NCBI GenBank assembly: GCA_020630475.1
Contig: JAHDBI010000001.1
Coordinates: 182,973-246,972, forward strand
Direction: 5' to 3'
DNA length: 64,000 bases
From: Saprospiraceae bacterium
Lineage (GTDB): Bacteria; Bacteroidota; Bacteroidia; Chitinophagales; Saprospiraceae
The notes beneath the pieces were generated by a model. That model ran no database searches and was not told where the DNA came from. It saw only the letters and a list, made by a program, of their open reading frames with translations. How positions within the stretch are numbered: position 1 is the stretch's first letter; every line of letters begins with the position of its first letter. Made by a program: the position numbers and the translations under genes. Shown here piece after piece: positions 10,302 to 20,190 of this stretch.

Positions 10302-12387
10302 TCCAACAATGTCTTTTTAAACTATTGATAGCAGCAAAACTTGCTCTGGAAACATTAATTAATTCGTCCTCAGGAATTAAAGAACAACTTGTGTTCTCAG
10401 ATATTCGTCTAAATTGTTCTTTATGACCTTTGTCCTGCCTAGTCTTTAGTTTTTTAAAGTTCTTAATACCGTATGCGTTAGTTTCTCTGAAGTTGTCCAT
10501 TATGATCGTATTTTCGTCAAAATACACTTCGAGACGTTCTTTTGAATAGGCTTTATTGCCATTTGCAAAATAATTGATAACGCCATTATCTCCGTTTTTA
10601 AATTTTAAAAGAATGCTTGCATTATCAGTGTTTTCATGTGGGTTAAGCCCCAAAGCATTCATACATACAGAACTTACTTTACTACCGGACAAGTAAACCA
10701 AGAGATCAATAAAATGACAAGCTTCACCGATTATTCTTCCACCACCAACCTCTAAATCGTGTACCCATACATTTGCGGGAATATGGCCAGCATTCATTGT
10801 TGCGATCATATTTTTTGGAGATTGCTCAGGAATACTCGATTTCATTTTTTGAATATGAGGAGAAAATCGTCGATTAAAACCAACGTTTAGTACACCAGAA
10901 GAACTCTGTAAAGCATTAATGACTTTATTCAATTCGCGTTCATTAAGGGCAAGAGGTTTTTCAACAAATACATTTTTTCCAGATTCTAAACTTTCTATAA
11001 TAATCGGTGCATGTAAGTTGTGCCTAGTCGTTATTATAACTAAGCCTACTTCCTCATCCTGCAAGGAATCTTTATAGTTACTTGAGCAATATTCTATTCC
11101 ATGTTTTTTACCTAGCGCCTTAGATGACAACCCACCTTTACTAATGATGTATTTTATATCTGCGTCTTTCATATTAGGAAGCATGGTCATTTTTGTAAAA
11201 TTACCGGCGCCGATTATTGCGATCTTCTTATTGCTATTTCCTGTTTTAGAATCGCGAATTTTAATTGAATTTGATTGTTGCGATTCTTCAGAATAAACTA
11301 ACAAACTAGCAATTGATTTCGATGAATTTATATTACCGTATATTTTTTGGTAATCATCGAGTTCAATTCTTTCAGAAATAAGATCATGAACATTAATGGT
11401 TTTTCTTTCAATGGCTGCAAGGACTGTTTCAAAATTTCTTTTTTCCGTCCAACGGACAAAAGGGAGTGGATAGTCTTGACCTTTCTGTTCATAATTTTCA
11501 TCATATCTTCCAGGTCCATAAGAGCATGATACTTGAAAACTTAATTCTTTTTCATAGAAATCTGCGCGACTAATATCAAGGCCTATAACACCTATCAATA
11601 CAATGCGACCGCGCTTTCGTGACATGTTAGCGCATTGCGAAATGATTTCGTTGTTTTTGGCGGAAGCCGTAATAATTACGCCATCTGCACCAACATTGTT
11701 AGAATTATTTAAAACAAATTTTACAGGATCCCCTTTCAATGGATTAAACCCAATAACACCTAATTTATTTGCTAGCTCGACTTTAGAGTCATCGATATCA
11801 AGTCCTATCACTTTACAACCGTTGGCTAAAAGCAATTGAGCAGTAATTAAGCCAATTAAGCCCAAACCACTGACTACAATTGTTTCTCCGATGGTAGGGT
11901 TAATTAAACGAATACCTTGCAATCCAATTGATCCGATAACGGTAAACGCCGCATCTTCATCATTTACACCATCTGGAATCTTCGCAACTAGATTTTGCGG
12001 GACAGATACAAATTCCGCATGATGTCCATTACTAGCTACTCGATCACCTACGGAAAATTCCGTAACTCCCTGACCTATATCAATTACTTTTCCAACATTA
12101 CAATAGCCTAACGGAAGAGGTTGTTCTAGTTTATTAAAAACGGTTTCAAGCGTAGGCATTAATCCATCAGACTTAATTTTGTTTAAAACCATTTTTACTT
12201 TATCGGGTTGTTGTCTTGCTTTTTGGATAAGGTTAGCCTTTCCAAATTCTACCAACATTCGCTCTGTTCCTAAGGAGACTAAAGATCTTGTGGTTTTTAT
12301 CAAAACTTGTCCAGGCCCAACGATTGGACTTGGTACGTCTTCAAGAATAGTTTCTCCTGTTTTAAAGGACTGTATAATTTGTTTCAT
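10291..12387 (-). CDS. Bi-domain oxidoreductase: N-terminal Zn/MDR alcohol-dehydrogenase-like domain fused to a C-terminal Gfo/Idh/MocA domain
   Basis: 698 aa. 'GQVLIKTTRSLVSLGTE'. First Rossmann 'VVSGLGLIGLITAQ'. Second Rossmann 'KIAIIGAGNFTKMTMLPN'. Confidence 0.85.
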   Translation of the reverse strand: MKQIIQSFKTGETILEDVPSPIVGPGQVLIKTTRSLVSLGTERMLVEFGKANLIQKARQQPDKVKMVLNKIKSDGLMPTLETVFNKLEQPLPLGYCNVGKVIDIGQGVTEFSVGDRVASNGHHAEFVSVPQNLVAKIPDGVNDEDAAFTVIGSIGLQGIRLINPTIGETIVVSGLGLIGLITAQLLLANGCKVIGLDIDDSKVELANKLGVIGFNPLKGDPVKFVLNNSNNVGADGVIITASAKNNEIISQCANMSRKRGRIVLIGVIGLDISRADFYEKELSFQVSCSYGPGRYDENYEQKGQDYPLPFVRWTEKRNFETVLAAIERKTINVHDLISERIELDDYQKIYGNINSSKSIASLLVYSEESQQSNSIKIRDSKTGNSNKKIAIIGAGNFTKMTMLPNMKDADIKYIISKGGLSSKALGKKHGIEYCSSNYKDSLQDEEVGLVIITTRHNLHAPIIIESLESGKNVFVEKPLALNERELNKVINALQSSSGVLNVGFNRRFSPHIQKMKSSIPEQSPKNMIATMNAGHIPANVWVHDLEVGGGRIIGEACHFIDLLVYLSGSKVSSVCMNALGLNPHENTDNASILLKFKNGDNGVINYFANGNKAYSKERLEVYFDENTIIMDNFRETNAYGIKNFKKLKTRQDKGHKEQFRRISENTSCSLIPEDELINVSRASFAAINSLKRHCWIDL

Positions 12388-14105
12388 TCATTGTTTATTT
12401 CTGCTCCAGGTGTTAACCTAGTACGAAGCATTTCTGCGTCTGGATAATGTTGCGGAAGCCTTTTAAGCTTAAACTTTTCTAACCTTTCAACACTGTTTTT
12501 TGACCAATTAAATTCTCCTTTTTTAAAATTATATTCTAAAGGAAGAATTTTATTCCCAGTCCAAGCTTGAGATGTATTAGCATTAAATTCAGATTTTTTG
12601 CCCTTATCTATAATGAAAAGATTCTTTTCAGTAACACCATTTTTAGAAGAGTAAAACACATTATTATCGATATCAATACCATCTTCTTGAAAACCAGTAG
12701 ACTGCATAAGTGTACCGCTAGAAACAAAGATATTATTGTAAAATGTACTGTTTACAGGTGATCGTTGTTTTTTTAAATGGTTACCAACAGCCAAGGGATT
12801 GTTTTTTGAAATACAGGTGTTATGATAGAAATGAACATTTCCACTCAACTTGACACTTTCACCATTTTTGATTGATTTACCATTTGGAAGATTCCAGAAC
12901 TTCAAAACCTTTGGTTCAACCAATCTCACGGGTTTTCCCTTTTGTTGACTGTAATTGTATTTAACAACATTTGAAAAAACGAGGTTGTCGTAAATATAAA
13001 CTGGTCCAGTTTCAATTGGTGTTAAACTAAAAGCAACAAAACAATTTTCGATGATATTGTTTCGAACAATAGCGTTAATTGATGCTCCATCAAGCTCAAC
13101 CGCGTCATCTCCAATGTTAGATATATAGTTGGATTCAATAATTACATTTTTTGGCTTTGAATTCACACCATTAAAGAATCCACTTATTGTATTATTCTTG
13201 ACAACAAAAGAATCGCATTTACCTCCGGCATAAACGATACCACTCCCACCCATAGATTTGGATAGTTTTCGTTCGCTCCAAGTACAATTGATAGGTAGCC
13301 TTTTAGTAATCATACAATCCTCAATCGTTAAACCTGGTCCAGCACATTGATTGAAATAAAAACCATCAATAGGGTTAACAACACATAGATTTTTGATGGT
13401 AACGTTTTCAAATCGTCCGCTTCCCCTTATGCAATATCGTCCAGAGTATTTAAACTCTATCCATTTTTTTTCTCCCCCGTCAATGACGACATTTTTTAAA
13501 TTTCCTAACCATAATACCTGGCCAGTATATGTAAAAATGGTTCTCTTCGAAAATTTGTCTATGGGTTTGTTAATTGCAATGGTAATTTTGTCCCTTTCAA
13601 AGAGTACTCCTTCTCCATCTGTATTCGAGATTTTTCTGGCTTCAAACTGTTTTATGTTATCATAAGTCCAAAGCATTTTATCATTTTTGAGATAGAGATT
13701 ATTTCTATAAATCCAATGATCTTTAAAAGATTTATTAATTAGTCGATATTTTTTAGGTATATCAACTTGATAAATGTATTGCAGTTTTTTATTCTGTATG
13801 TTTCCGCTTTTTTTGATGAATTTCCAATGAGCATCTTCGCGATTTTCTAAATCTTTAATGGATCCCCAAATTTCCACCTTTCCATCACCTGCGGCAAGAA
13901 TAGTAATATCACTTTTATCAACAAACTTGAGTACTTCATGATAAATTCCTTTATGTAAGATTATGCTATCTCCACTCTGGGCATTTTCAAATGCTTGTTG
14001 GATAGTCAAACTAGTATTAGGGTAAATGTGAATTTCACGGGAAGTAATAGTATTTATTCCAAGGACTAAAAGCAAAAAAGAAAAGAATGCTTTTTTAAAG
14101 TTCAT
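12384..14105 (-). CDS. Secreted right-handed parallel beta-helix repeat protein (pectate-lyase/AlgG-like fold)
   Basis: 573 aa. Signal peptide 'MNFKKAFFSFLLLVLGINTITS'. Repeated turns 'NNTISGFFNGV', 'SNYISNIGDDAVELDG', 'VRNNIIENCFVAFS', 'IYDNLVFSN'. Confidence 0.7.
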   Translation of the reverse strand: MNFKKAFFSFLLLVLGINTITSREIHIYPNTSLTIQQAFENAQSGDSIILHKGIYHEVLKFVDKSDITILAAGDGKVEIWGSIKDLENREDAHWKFIKKSGNIQNKKLQYIYQVDIPKKYRLINKSFKDHWIYRNNLYLKNDKMLWTYDNIKQFEARKISNTDGEGVLFERDKITIAINKPIDKFSKRTIFTYTGQVLWLGNLKNVVIDGGEKKWIEFKYSGRYCIRGSGRFENVTIKNLCVVNPIDGFYFNQCAGPGLTIEDCMITKRLPINCTWSERKLSKSMGGSGIVYAGGKCDSFVVKNNTISGFFNGVNSKPKNVIIESNYISNIGDDAVELDGASINAIVRNNIIENCFVAFSLTPIETGPVYIYDNLVFSNVVKYNYSQQKGKPVRLVEPKVLKFWNLPNGKSIKNGESVKLSGNVHFYHNTCISKNNPLAVGNHLKKQRSPVNSTFYNNIFVSSGTLMQSTGFQEDGIDIDNNVFYSSKNGVTEKNLFIIDKGKKSEFNANTSQAWTGNKILPLEYNFKKGEFNWSKNSVERLEKFKLKRLPQHYPDAEMLRTRLTPGAEINNE

Positions 14106-14123
14106 ATTTCAATGGATGTTGTG

Positions 14124-15215
14124 TTAACAAGTTAGAATCTCTTCAAATGAATTAATAGCCTTTTCCACAGAATTGTTTTCTAAAATTCTTTGTTGGGCGT
14201 TTGTCGCTATTTGTATGCGAAGTTTAGGATTGTCTTTTAAAGTTAAAATCAACCGTGCCATTTGTTGGGTATCACCAGGTTCTATAAGGAAACCATTTTT
14301 TTCATCAGTGATTAAGTCAGGAATAGAACCAACTTTTGTTGAAATAACTGCTGTTTTCGAAGCCATTGCTTCAATCAATGCATTAGGATATCCCTCCCTA
14401 TATGAAGGAAGAACAAAAGTATCTGCAATTTTTAAATACTCAAACTTCTTAGTTCCTGTGACCCAACCAAGAAGCAGAAATTTTTCTTGCAAGTCTAATT
14501 CAATTATTTTTTCTTGAAGTTTTTCAAATTCATCACCATCACCGGCTAAGTAAAACGTAATCTTTTCGTTTTTTAGTTGACGAGCCGCCTCTAATAAATC
14601 ATAGACGCCTTTATTTTTTGTTATCCAACCAATAAAAACAACATTGAAATATTCTGTTGACTTGGTTGACTTATTGATATTTATGTATGGTTTTACATCA
14701 ATCCAATTATGTATTATTTTAAACTCAGTAGTTTTATTTTGGCATAAGCCACGATAAAATTTTTGCCACGACTCTCCTTGACATAAAATAACATCAACAT
14801 AGTTCATTGATTTAATCACGATGGATTTAAATTTTTCACTTTGCTCAATATCATTTTTAATAAGCCCTGACCGTGGAGCTAGAATGGTTTTTTTACCAAA
14901 CAAATTTCCAATACGTGCCATCAAGGCTTTTTCGCGAAAGCTAAATCCATTAGAACAAAAAATGAGCAATAGATCAACTTTTTTAAACAGAAGGTAATAG
15001 ATCAATTTTGAAAACCTTACTATCGACATAAAGAGTCTCGATAGGAAAGACCTTCCTTTATTTGTTGAAGAAGTTGAATCTATTAGATGCCAATTTACAT
15101 TGTTGGATATACTGCTATTTATTAAAGTGGTACAAGCGTACATTTGACCACCGACGTGCCCTGATTTTGATTTATTGACAAAAGAACCTATAAAAATTAT
15201 TGATTTTTTTGACAT
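14124..15215 (-). CDS. Glycosyltransferase family 4
   Basis: 363 aa. 'VLPSYREGYPNALIEAMASKTAVISTKVGSIPDLITDEKNGFL' (E-x7-E). Confidence 0.85.
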   Translation of the reverse strand: MSKKSIIFIGSFVNKSKSGHVGGQMYACTTLINSSISNNVNWHLIDSTSSTNKGRSFLSRLFMSIVRFSKLIYYLLFKKVDLLLIFCSNGFSFREKALMARIGNLFGKKTILAPRSGLIKNDIEQSEKFKSIVIKSMNYVDVILCQGESWQKFYRGLCQNKTTEFKIIHNWIDVKPYININKSTKSTEYFNVVFIGWITKNKGVYDLLEAARQLKNEKITFYLAGDGDEFEKLQEKIIELDLQEKFLLLGWVTGTKKFEYLKIADTFVLPSYREGYPNALIEAMASKTAVISTKVGSIPDLITDEKNGFLIEPGDTQQMARLILTLKDNPKLRIQIATNAQQRILENNSVEKAINSFEEILTC

Positions 15216-15216
15216 A

Positions 15217-17121
15217 TTAATTTTCGACCTGATACTTTTTCATCCAGCCGGCTAGTAAAAGCAATGCCCAGTGTTGATGGCTTGATCTATATTTTGTGGC
15301 ATTAACTAATGTTTTATTTGAAAGCGTAACAGCTTCTATTTGTTTAGCCTTTTGGTAATCAAGCGTGTTAAACAATGGATTGTTCTTATTTAGTAAGTTT
15401 TCCGAAAGTCTTCGGTAATTGTCGTTTTGATATTTATGAAGAGGAATACTAAAGCCACTTTTCGGATGATTAAAAACACTTTTTGGAAGATGCTTTGACA
15501 TCATCTTTCTAAGAATAATTTTACCTAATCCATTTTTATAAAGTAAATCATCATGAATGTTTAATGATGCATTAAACAAATCTGGATCTAAAAAGGGAGC
15601 CCTGACTTCTAGCGAATTTGCCATGCTCATTCGATCTACTTTGATAAGCATATCATTAACTAAGTTATGTTTAATACGATAAAACATACTTTTTCTTAAG
15701 GGAGACCAATTTTTATATTCCTTAGGAAAGCTTGTCAGTAGGGAGAAGTTTGTTTTTGGGCTATCGATAAATAAGTCATTTGCCTCCTTTTCTAAAAAGA
15801 GTCTATGAATTTCCATACTAATATGATTCTCACCTTTTAGTGAAGCAGTTACTGCACGATTAATTTGTCTCCGCTTATCTTGTGGTATAATTGTACCTAA
15901 ACTATTTAAAACGGATAATCCCATTTTTCTAATAGAAACAGGATATCGGTTAAGCTTATTGATTTTTTTCCACCAGCCAAAAACAGGATAGCCCCCAAAT
16001 ATTTCGTCGCCCCCATCTCCTGATAAAGCAACGGATACATACTTTTTGATTTCCTTAGAGATTAAATAGACCGGTATCGCAGAAGAATCTGGAAAGGGTA
16101 GACCCACATGGTCAATGATGGTCCAAAACAAATTCTCATCAAAATTTTGATTAGGAATTGTAATCTCATGATGTTTGCTTCCAATTCTTTCTGCAACTTC
16201 TTGAGCTATTTTAGACTCATCGTAACTAGCCTCTTCAAATTTTACTGTGAATGTATTTATAGGCTTAGGACTATTTTTTTGTAACAAGGCACATACAGTA
16301 CTTGAATCAATTCCACCTGAAAGAAATGCACCAATTGGAACATCACTAACGGTTTGTCGATTTACAGCTTTTTCTAAAACAGGAAAGAGATATTCTGTTG
16401 CCTCTTTTTCATTGTATATGAGCTTTTCGCGGTTTCCATAACTTATTTCGAAATACGGGTTTATTTTTATTTGGTTATTCTCAATAGTCAATGTATGTCC
16501 AGGTGGCAACGAATGAACTTCTTTTAATAAGGTCAAAGGTTCTGGCACATAAGCAACTGCTAAGTAATACTTTAAAGCCTCTTTGTTTAGTTTTTTAGTT
16601 ATTAGAGGGTTTTCTAAAAGGGAGGCAATTTCGCTGGAAAAACTAAATTCGCCATTTTCATGATAGTAATAAAGAGGTTTTTCACCGAAGCGATCTCTTC
16701 CAATAAGAATTCGATTCCTTTTAAGGTCAAACAAGCAAAAAGAAAACATTCCTTTTAACTTTTTCACGAAACCGTCACCATATTCTTCGTATGCGTGAAC
16801 GAGAACTTCAGTATCGGATCGTGAAACAAATTTATGACCATTTACTAATAAGGATTCACGTATATCCATGAAATTGTAAATCTCTCCATTCATAAAAACA
16901 AGAATGTCTTTATGTTCATTCCATAGAGGTTGATTTCCAGAATGTTTGTCAATAATAGCCAACCTTCTCATTGCTAGTGAAGCAACTTCGTTATGGAACC
17001 CTCCTTCTCCATCAGGACCTCTATGAATAATGGCTTGGTTCATTTTAACCACTCTTTCTTTTCGAGAAAGAGTGCTAGGAAAAGAAGGGTTAATATTTAC
17101 TATTCCGCATATTCCGCACAT
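15217..17121 (-). CDS. Asparagine synthase (glutamine-hydrolysing)-like amidotransferase, copy 1
   Basis: 634 aa. N-terminal nucleophile 'MCGICGI'. PP-loop 'FLSGGIDSSTV'. Confidence 0.9.
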   Translation of the reverse strand: MCGICGIVNINPSFPSTLSRKERVVKMNQAIIHRGPDGEGGFHNEVASLAMRRLAIIDKHSGNQPLWNEHKDILVFMNGEIYNFMDIRESLLVNGHKFVSRSDTEVLVHAYEEYGDGFVKKLKGMFSFCLFDLKRNRILIGRDRFGEKPLYYYHENGEFSFSSEIASLLENPLITKKLNKEALKYYLAVAYVPEPLTLLKEVHSLPPGHTLTIENNQIKINPYFEISYGNREKLIYNEKEATEYLFPVLEKAVNRQTVSDVPIGAFLSGGIDSSTVCALLQKNSPKPINTFTVKFEEASYDESKIAQEVAERIGSKHHEITIPNQNFDENLFWTIIDHVGLPFPDSSAIPVYLISKEIKKYVSVALSGDGGDEIFGGYPVFGWWKKINKLNRYPVSIRKMGLSVLNSLGTIIPQDKRRQINRAVTASLKGENHISMEIHRLFLEKEANDLFIDSPKTNFSLLTSFPKEYKNWSPLRKSMFYRIKHNLVNDMLIKVDRMSMANSLEVRAPFLDPDLFNASLNIHDDLLYKNGLGKIILRKMMSKHLPKSVFNHPKSGFSIPLHKYQNDNYRRLSENLLNKNNPLFNTLDYQKAKQIEAVTLSNKTLVNATKYRSSHQHWALLLLAGWMKKYQVEN

Positions 17122-17142
17122 AATCCTAAGAAAACTTAAAAT

Positions 17143-18219
17143 TTAAACTCCTGGCTGCCCAGGTGCAGCGTGAATATATTTTTCAAAATTGAAAGAAGTG
17201 TCATTAGTTTTAACTGCCGTAAGAGAAACCCACCCTGCACGACTATTATGAACCATTATGTTGCTTAATTTTTCTTTTAGAAACCATTGAAACACATCCT
17301 TGTGTCTGTATTGATGAACTATTTTCGTAGCATAAGTATCATTTGTATCTAACATCGACCATTCTACAGGTAAGGTACGGTAGCAAGTTGAAGGGAATAA
17401 GTATCTTAAATAACGTAGTACGGGTATTTTATTTATATAATGTAGAATCGGAACAAAATATTTGCAATATGCTAAGAATATTTTATCCGGTACTTTTGTG
17501 GTAAAAAACCGGAAAAATTCACACCTCCAAAGATTTAGTGACCAAAGCAAATCTATAGTTGCCACTTTCAAGGAATTTCGATTAGGTCTATGATATAACG
17601 AAACTTCATACAGACACAAACCAACTTCGCCGTTATCTCTTACAGTACTTGCCATTTTTTTGAAGGCTGCTTCTGGATTTGGGGTATGATGTAAAACACC
17701 TATAGAATAGGCAAAATCAATTTTTTGAGACTTAATAGGAAGACTAAAAAAATCGGCCTGAATAAAGAAAACATTATCTTTATGTTTTAAATTATTGAAT
17801 GAGGCATCGACAGCATCAGTAATATCTATTCCGATAGCGAGTTTTGGTTTTTTATTACTTACAATATCAATAAATCGTCCTGCACCTGAACCGAACTCAA
17901 TAATACGTTTATCCTTTAGATCTTCCTCTGTCCAGTTTATTTCGGATTGCCACCTTAATTCTGATTCTACAGTTATTTTGTCATCTAACTGAGTTTTTGC
18001 AAAAGTATTCCATTGGTCACCAAAGGAATTTGCATATTTTCCATATTCTGTAAAACGAGGAATACAATTTCTGATATTCCATTGACCCTCGCATGTATTA
18101 TTAGAGCATTTAAGAACCCCTGTTTTAATTCTGTCATTTTCTAATTCGGCCTCCTCAGATATAATGATGTCATGAGTGCAACTTGGGCAACACATAAACT
18201 CGAGATATTCTTTTTTCAT
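17143..18219 (-). CDS. Class I SAM-dependent methyltransferase with N-terminal Cys4 zinc-ribbon
   Basis: 358 aa. 'CCPSC...' and 'CSNNTCEG' Cys pairs. SAM motif I 'IIEFGSGAGRFIDIV'. Confidence 0.8.
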   Translation of the reverse strand: MKKEYLEFMCCPSCTHDIIISEEAELENDRIKTGVLKCSNNTCEGQWNIRNCIPRFTEYGKYANSFGDQWNTFAKTQLDDKITVESELRWQSEINWTEEDLKDKRIIEFGSGAGRFIDIVSNKKPKLAIGIDITDAVDASFNNLKHKDNVFFIQADFFSLPIKSQKIDFAYSIGVLHHTPNPEAAFKKMASTVRDNGEVGLCLYEVSLYHRPNRNSLKVATIDLLWSLNLWRCEFFRFFTTKVPDKIFLAYCKYFVPILHYINKIPVLRYLRYLFPSTCYRTLPVEWSMLDTNDTYATKIVHQYRHKDVFQWFLKEKLSNIMVHNSRAGWVSLTAVKTNDTSFNFEKYIHAAPGQPGV

Positions 18220-18266
18220 AAACGTTTGATTATTTATAACTATTTAAGAAGTACAATATAAAGTCG

Positions 18267-19034
18267 TTATTTAAATAGCCATTTAACGATTCGTTGTTTA
18301 GGCTTTTTAATTAGGTTGTTAAAACTAGTTTTGATTGCGTATGTTTTTGGCGCTTGATGCGAAAAGTTTTTAAGTTCAACTTCTTTAGCTTTGTAGATGT
18401 TCTTTACCTCGACATAAAGCTCTAAGTCATACTTGTTTTTTTCTTTAATTATTGATCGCACAGATTCTGGCAATTCTTTAAAGTTATATTTAAGTGGATT
18501 GCTTTTAGTTTTATTGGCCACTGTATATTTAGTATTGAAAGCGAGATTGTATTTGGACATAAAGTTCTTAAGTCCAATGATCGAATTATCGAAATCCTCC
18601 AATAATCCAATAAATACATTTTCTTGTTTCAGAAAATCAATAGATTCTTTTACGCTTAAATTTTTGGAAAATCGTTTGATTTGGTAATTGTCAAAATGAT
18701 CGTTTGACAAAAAATGATCTAAATCCTTAGTTGTATTCCTTGTGATTCTAAAATTGAGTTGTGACATATACCTAGAAATAGGTTCACGAAAAAACACAAC
18801 GTAAACTATTTTTCTGTTTAAAGAATAATTAAGGTATGGATCTAGGTTATGTCCACCGAATCCGTCGAAAGAGAACTTTTCATTTAAGTTCTTTAATTCA
18901 TTTTGCTGAATAGCTCCTCGATACTTTTTTGTTGTGTAAAGAGAAATATACTTAGTAAAATTCTGATGAAATAAATTTTGAAGTGTTGTCCCTCCGCACT
19001 TGTTGATATGAATAAATAGAATTAGTGGTTTCAC
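18267..19034 (-). CDS. Sulfotransferase (Sulfotransfer_2-like carbohydrate sulfotransferase)
   Basis: 255 aa. 5'-PSB-like 'FIHINKCGGTTLQN'. 3'-PB-like 'FFREPISRYMSQ'. Confidence 0.7.
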   Translation of the reverse strand: MKPLILFIHINKCGGTTLQNLFHQNFTKYISLYTTKKYRGAIQQNELKNLNEKFSFDGFGGHNLDPYLNYSLNRKIVYVVFFREPISRYMSQLNFRITRNTTKDLDHFLSNDHFDNYQIKRFSKNLSVKESIDFLKQENVFIGLLEDFDNSIIGLKNFMSKYNLAFNTKYTVANKTKSNPLKYNFKELPESVRSIIKEKNKYDLELYVEVKNIYKAKEVELKNFSHQAPKTYAIKTSFNNLIKKPKQRIVKWLFK

Positions 19035-19044
19035 AAGTATTTTT

Positions 19045-20190
19045 CTAAGATTGAGTATTAAGAACTTTATTGAATATGTTTAGATAACTTTCACAAGCAG
19101 AATCAAAACTAAATTTTTGAAAGTGTTCTTTTCTGCTGCCAATGTCTATTTTAATTGGACTATTTAATTCATCGAGAATTAGTTCTGATAAAACATCATG
19201 CCTTCCTTGAGGAAATACTTTACCAAATCTGCCATTATCCAAAACATCTTCTAAACCACTTTTAAAGTCACTCGTGATTATTTTGCACTCAAGGGCCAAT
19301 GCTTGAATTAATGAGCCAGGTAAACCTTCAAGTTTTGTAGTAAAAAGAAAAATATCTGCTTTTTTAAACCACTTGTAAGGGTTTATGTCAAATCCTATGA
19401 AGCATATATCACCTTGAAGTTTTTTTGATGAAATTATTTCTTGAAGTTTTTTATAATATTCATCCTCTTTTTGAAAGCTACCCAAGATTAAGAGCTGCAT
19501 TTTCTTTTTAGATCTTGCCATTGCAAAACCGTTTACTAATGTTTCTAGGTCTTTCGTAGGATCAACCCTTCCTACTGTTAGTAAGATAGGGACATCAGGT
19601 TCAAAGGAAATTGGAAAGTTCTGTTCGTTTGCCTTATCAAAAACACATTGGTTAATAACGGGATTATAACTTAGAAATGATTGATTGTCTTTTAAATTAT
19701 AGAATTTCTTAAAGTCCTTAAAGGCACCTTTAGAAACAGCAATTGCACCATCAGCAGTTTTGAATATTCGTCTAGCTAATCGATATAGAATTTTTTTCTT
19801 GAGTCCGGAATAATTCTCATAATCAACACTAGGCGTAGTGGCTTCGCGAATAATTACTTTATTTACTCGTCGACTGAGCCGAGTTGAAATAATTGCCACT
19901 AGATTTGTTTGCAATTGAGTTGAAACCAATAAATCTGGTTTTTCTTTTCTTAACAACTTGCTTAACGTAATTATTGATTCACTGATTTTCTTAACCTTCA
20001 GGTCTATTAATTTGACTTGAGGGTTTAGAAGACCTAGCAATGAACCCGAGGCATTTCCAGCCACTAGAGAAACATCGTACGATTTAAGTTTTGCAATTTC
20101 ATTACTTAACGTTATCAACACTTTTTGAGCTCCGCCAGAATTAAGTACCGCAAGAAAGAAAAAGATTTTTTTTTGACGGACTACTTCCAC
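19045..20190 (-). CDS. Glycosyltransferase family 4
   Basis: 381 aa. 'FFFLAVLNSGGAQKV'. C-terminal 'FLFTTKLEGLPGSLIQALALECKIITSD'. Confidence 0.8.
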   Translation of the reverse strand: MEVVRQKKIFFFLAVLNSGGAQKVLITLSNEIAKLKSYDVSLVAGNASGSLLGLLNPQVKLIDLKVKKISESIITLSKLLRKEKPDLLVSTQLQTNLVAIISTRLSRRVNKVIIREATTPSVDYENYSGLKKKILYRLARRIFKTADGAIAVSKGAFKDFKKFYNLKDNQSFLSYNPVINQCVFDKANEQNFPISFEPDVPILLTVGRVDPTKDLETLVNGFAMARSKKKMQLLILGSFQKEDEYYKKLQEIISSKKLQGDICFIGFDINPYKWFKKADIFLFTTKLEGLPGSLIQALALECKIITSDFKSGLEDVLDNGRFGKVFPQGRHDVLSELILDELNSPIKIDIGSRKEHFQKFSFDSACESYLNIFNKVLNTQS

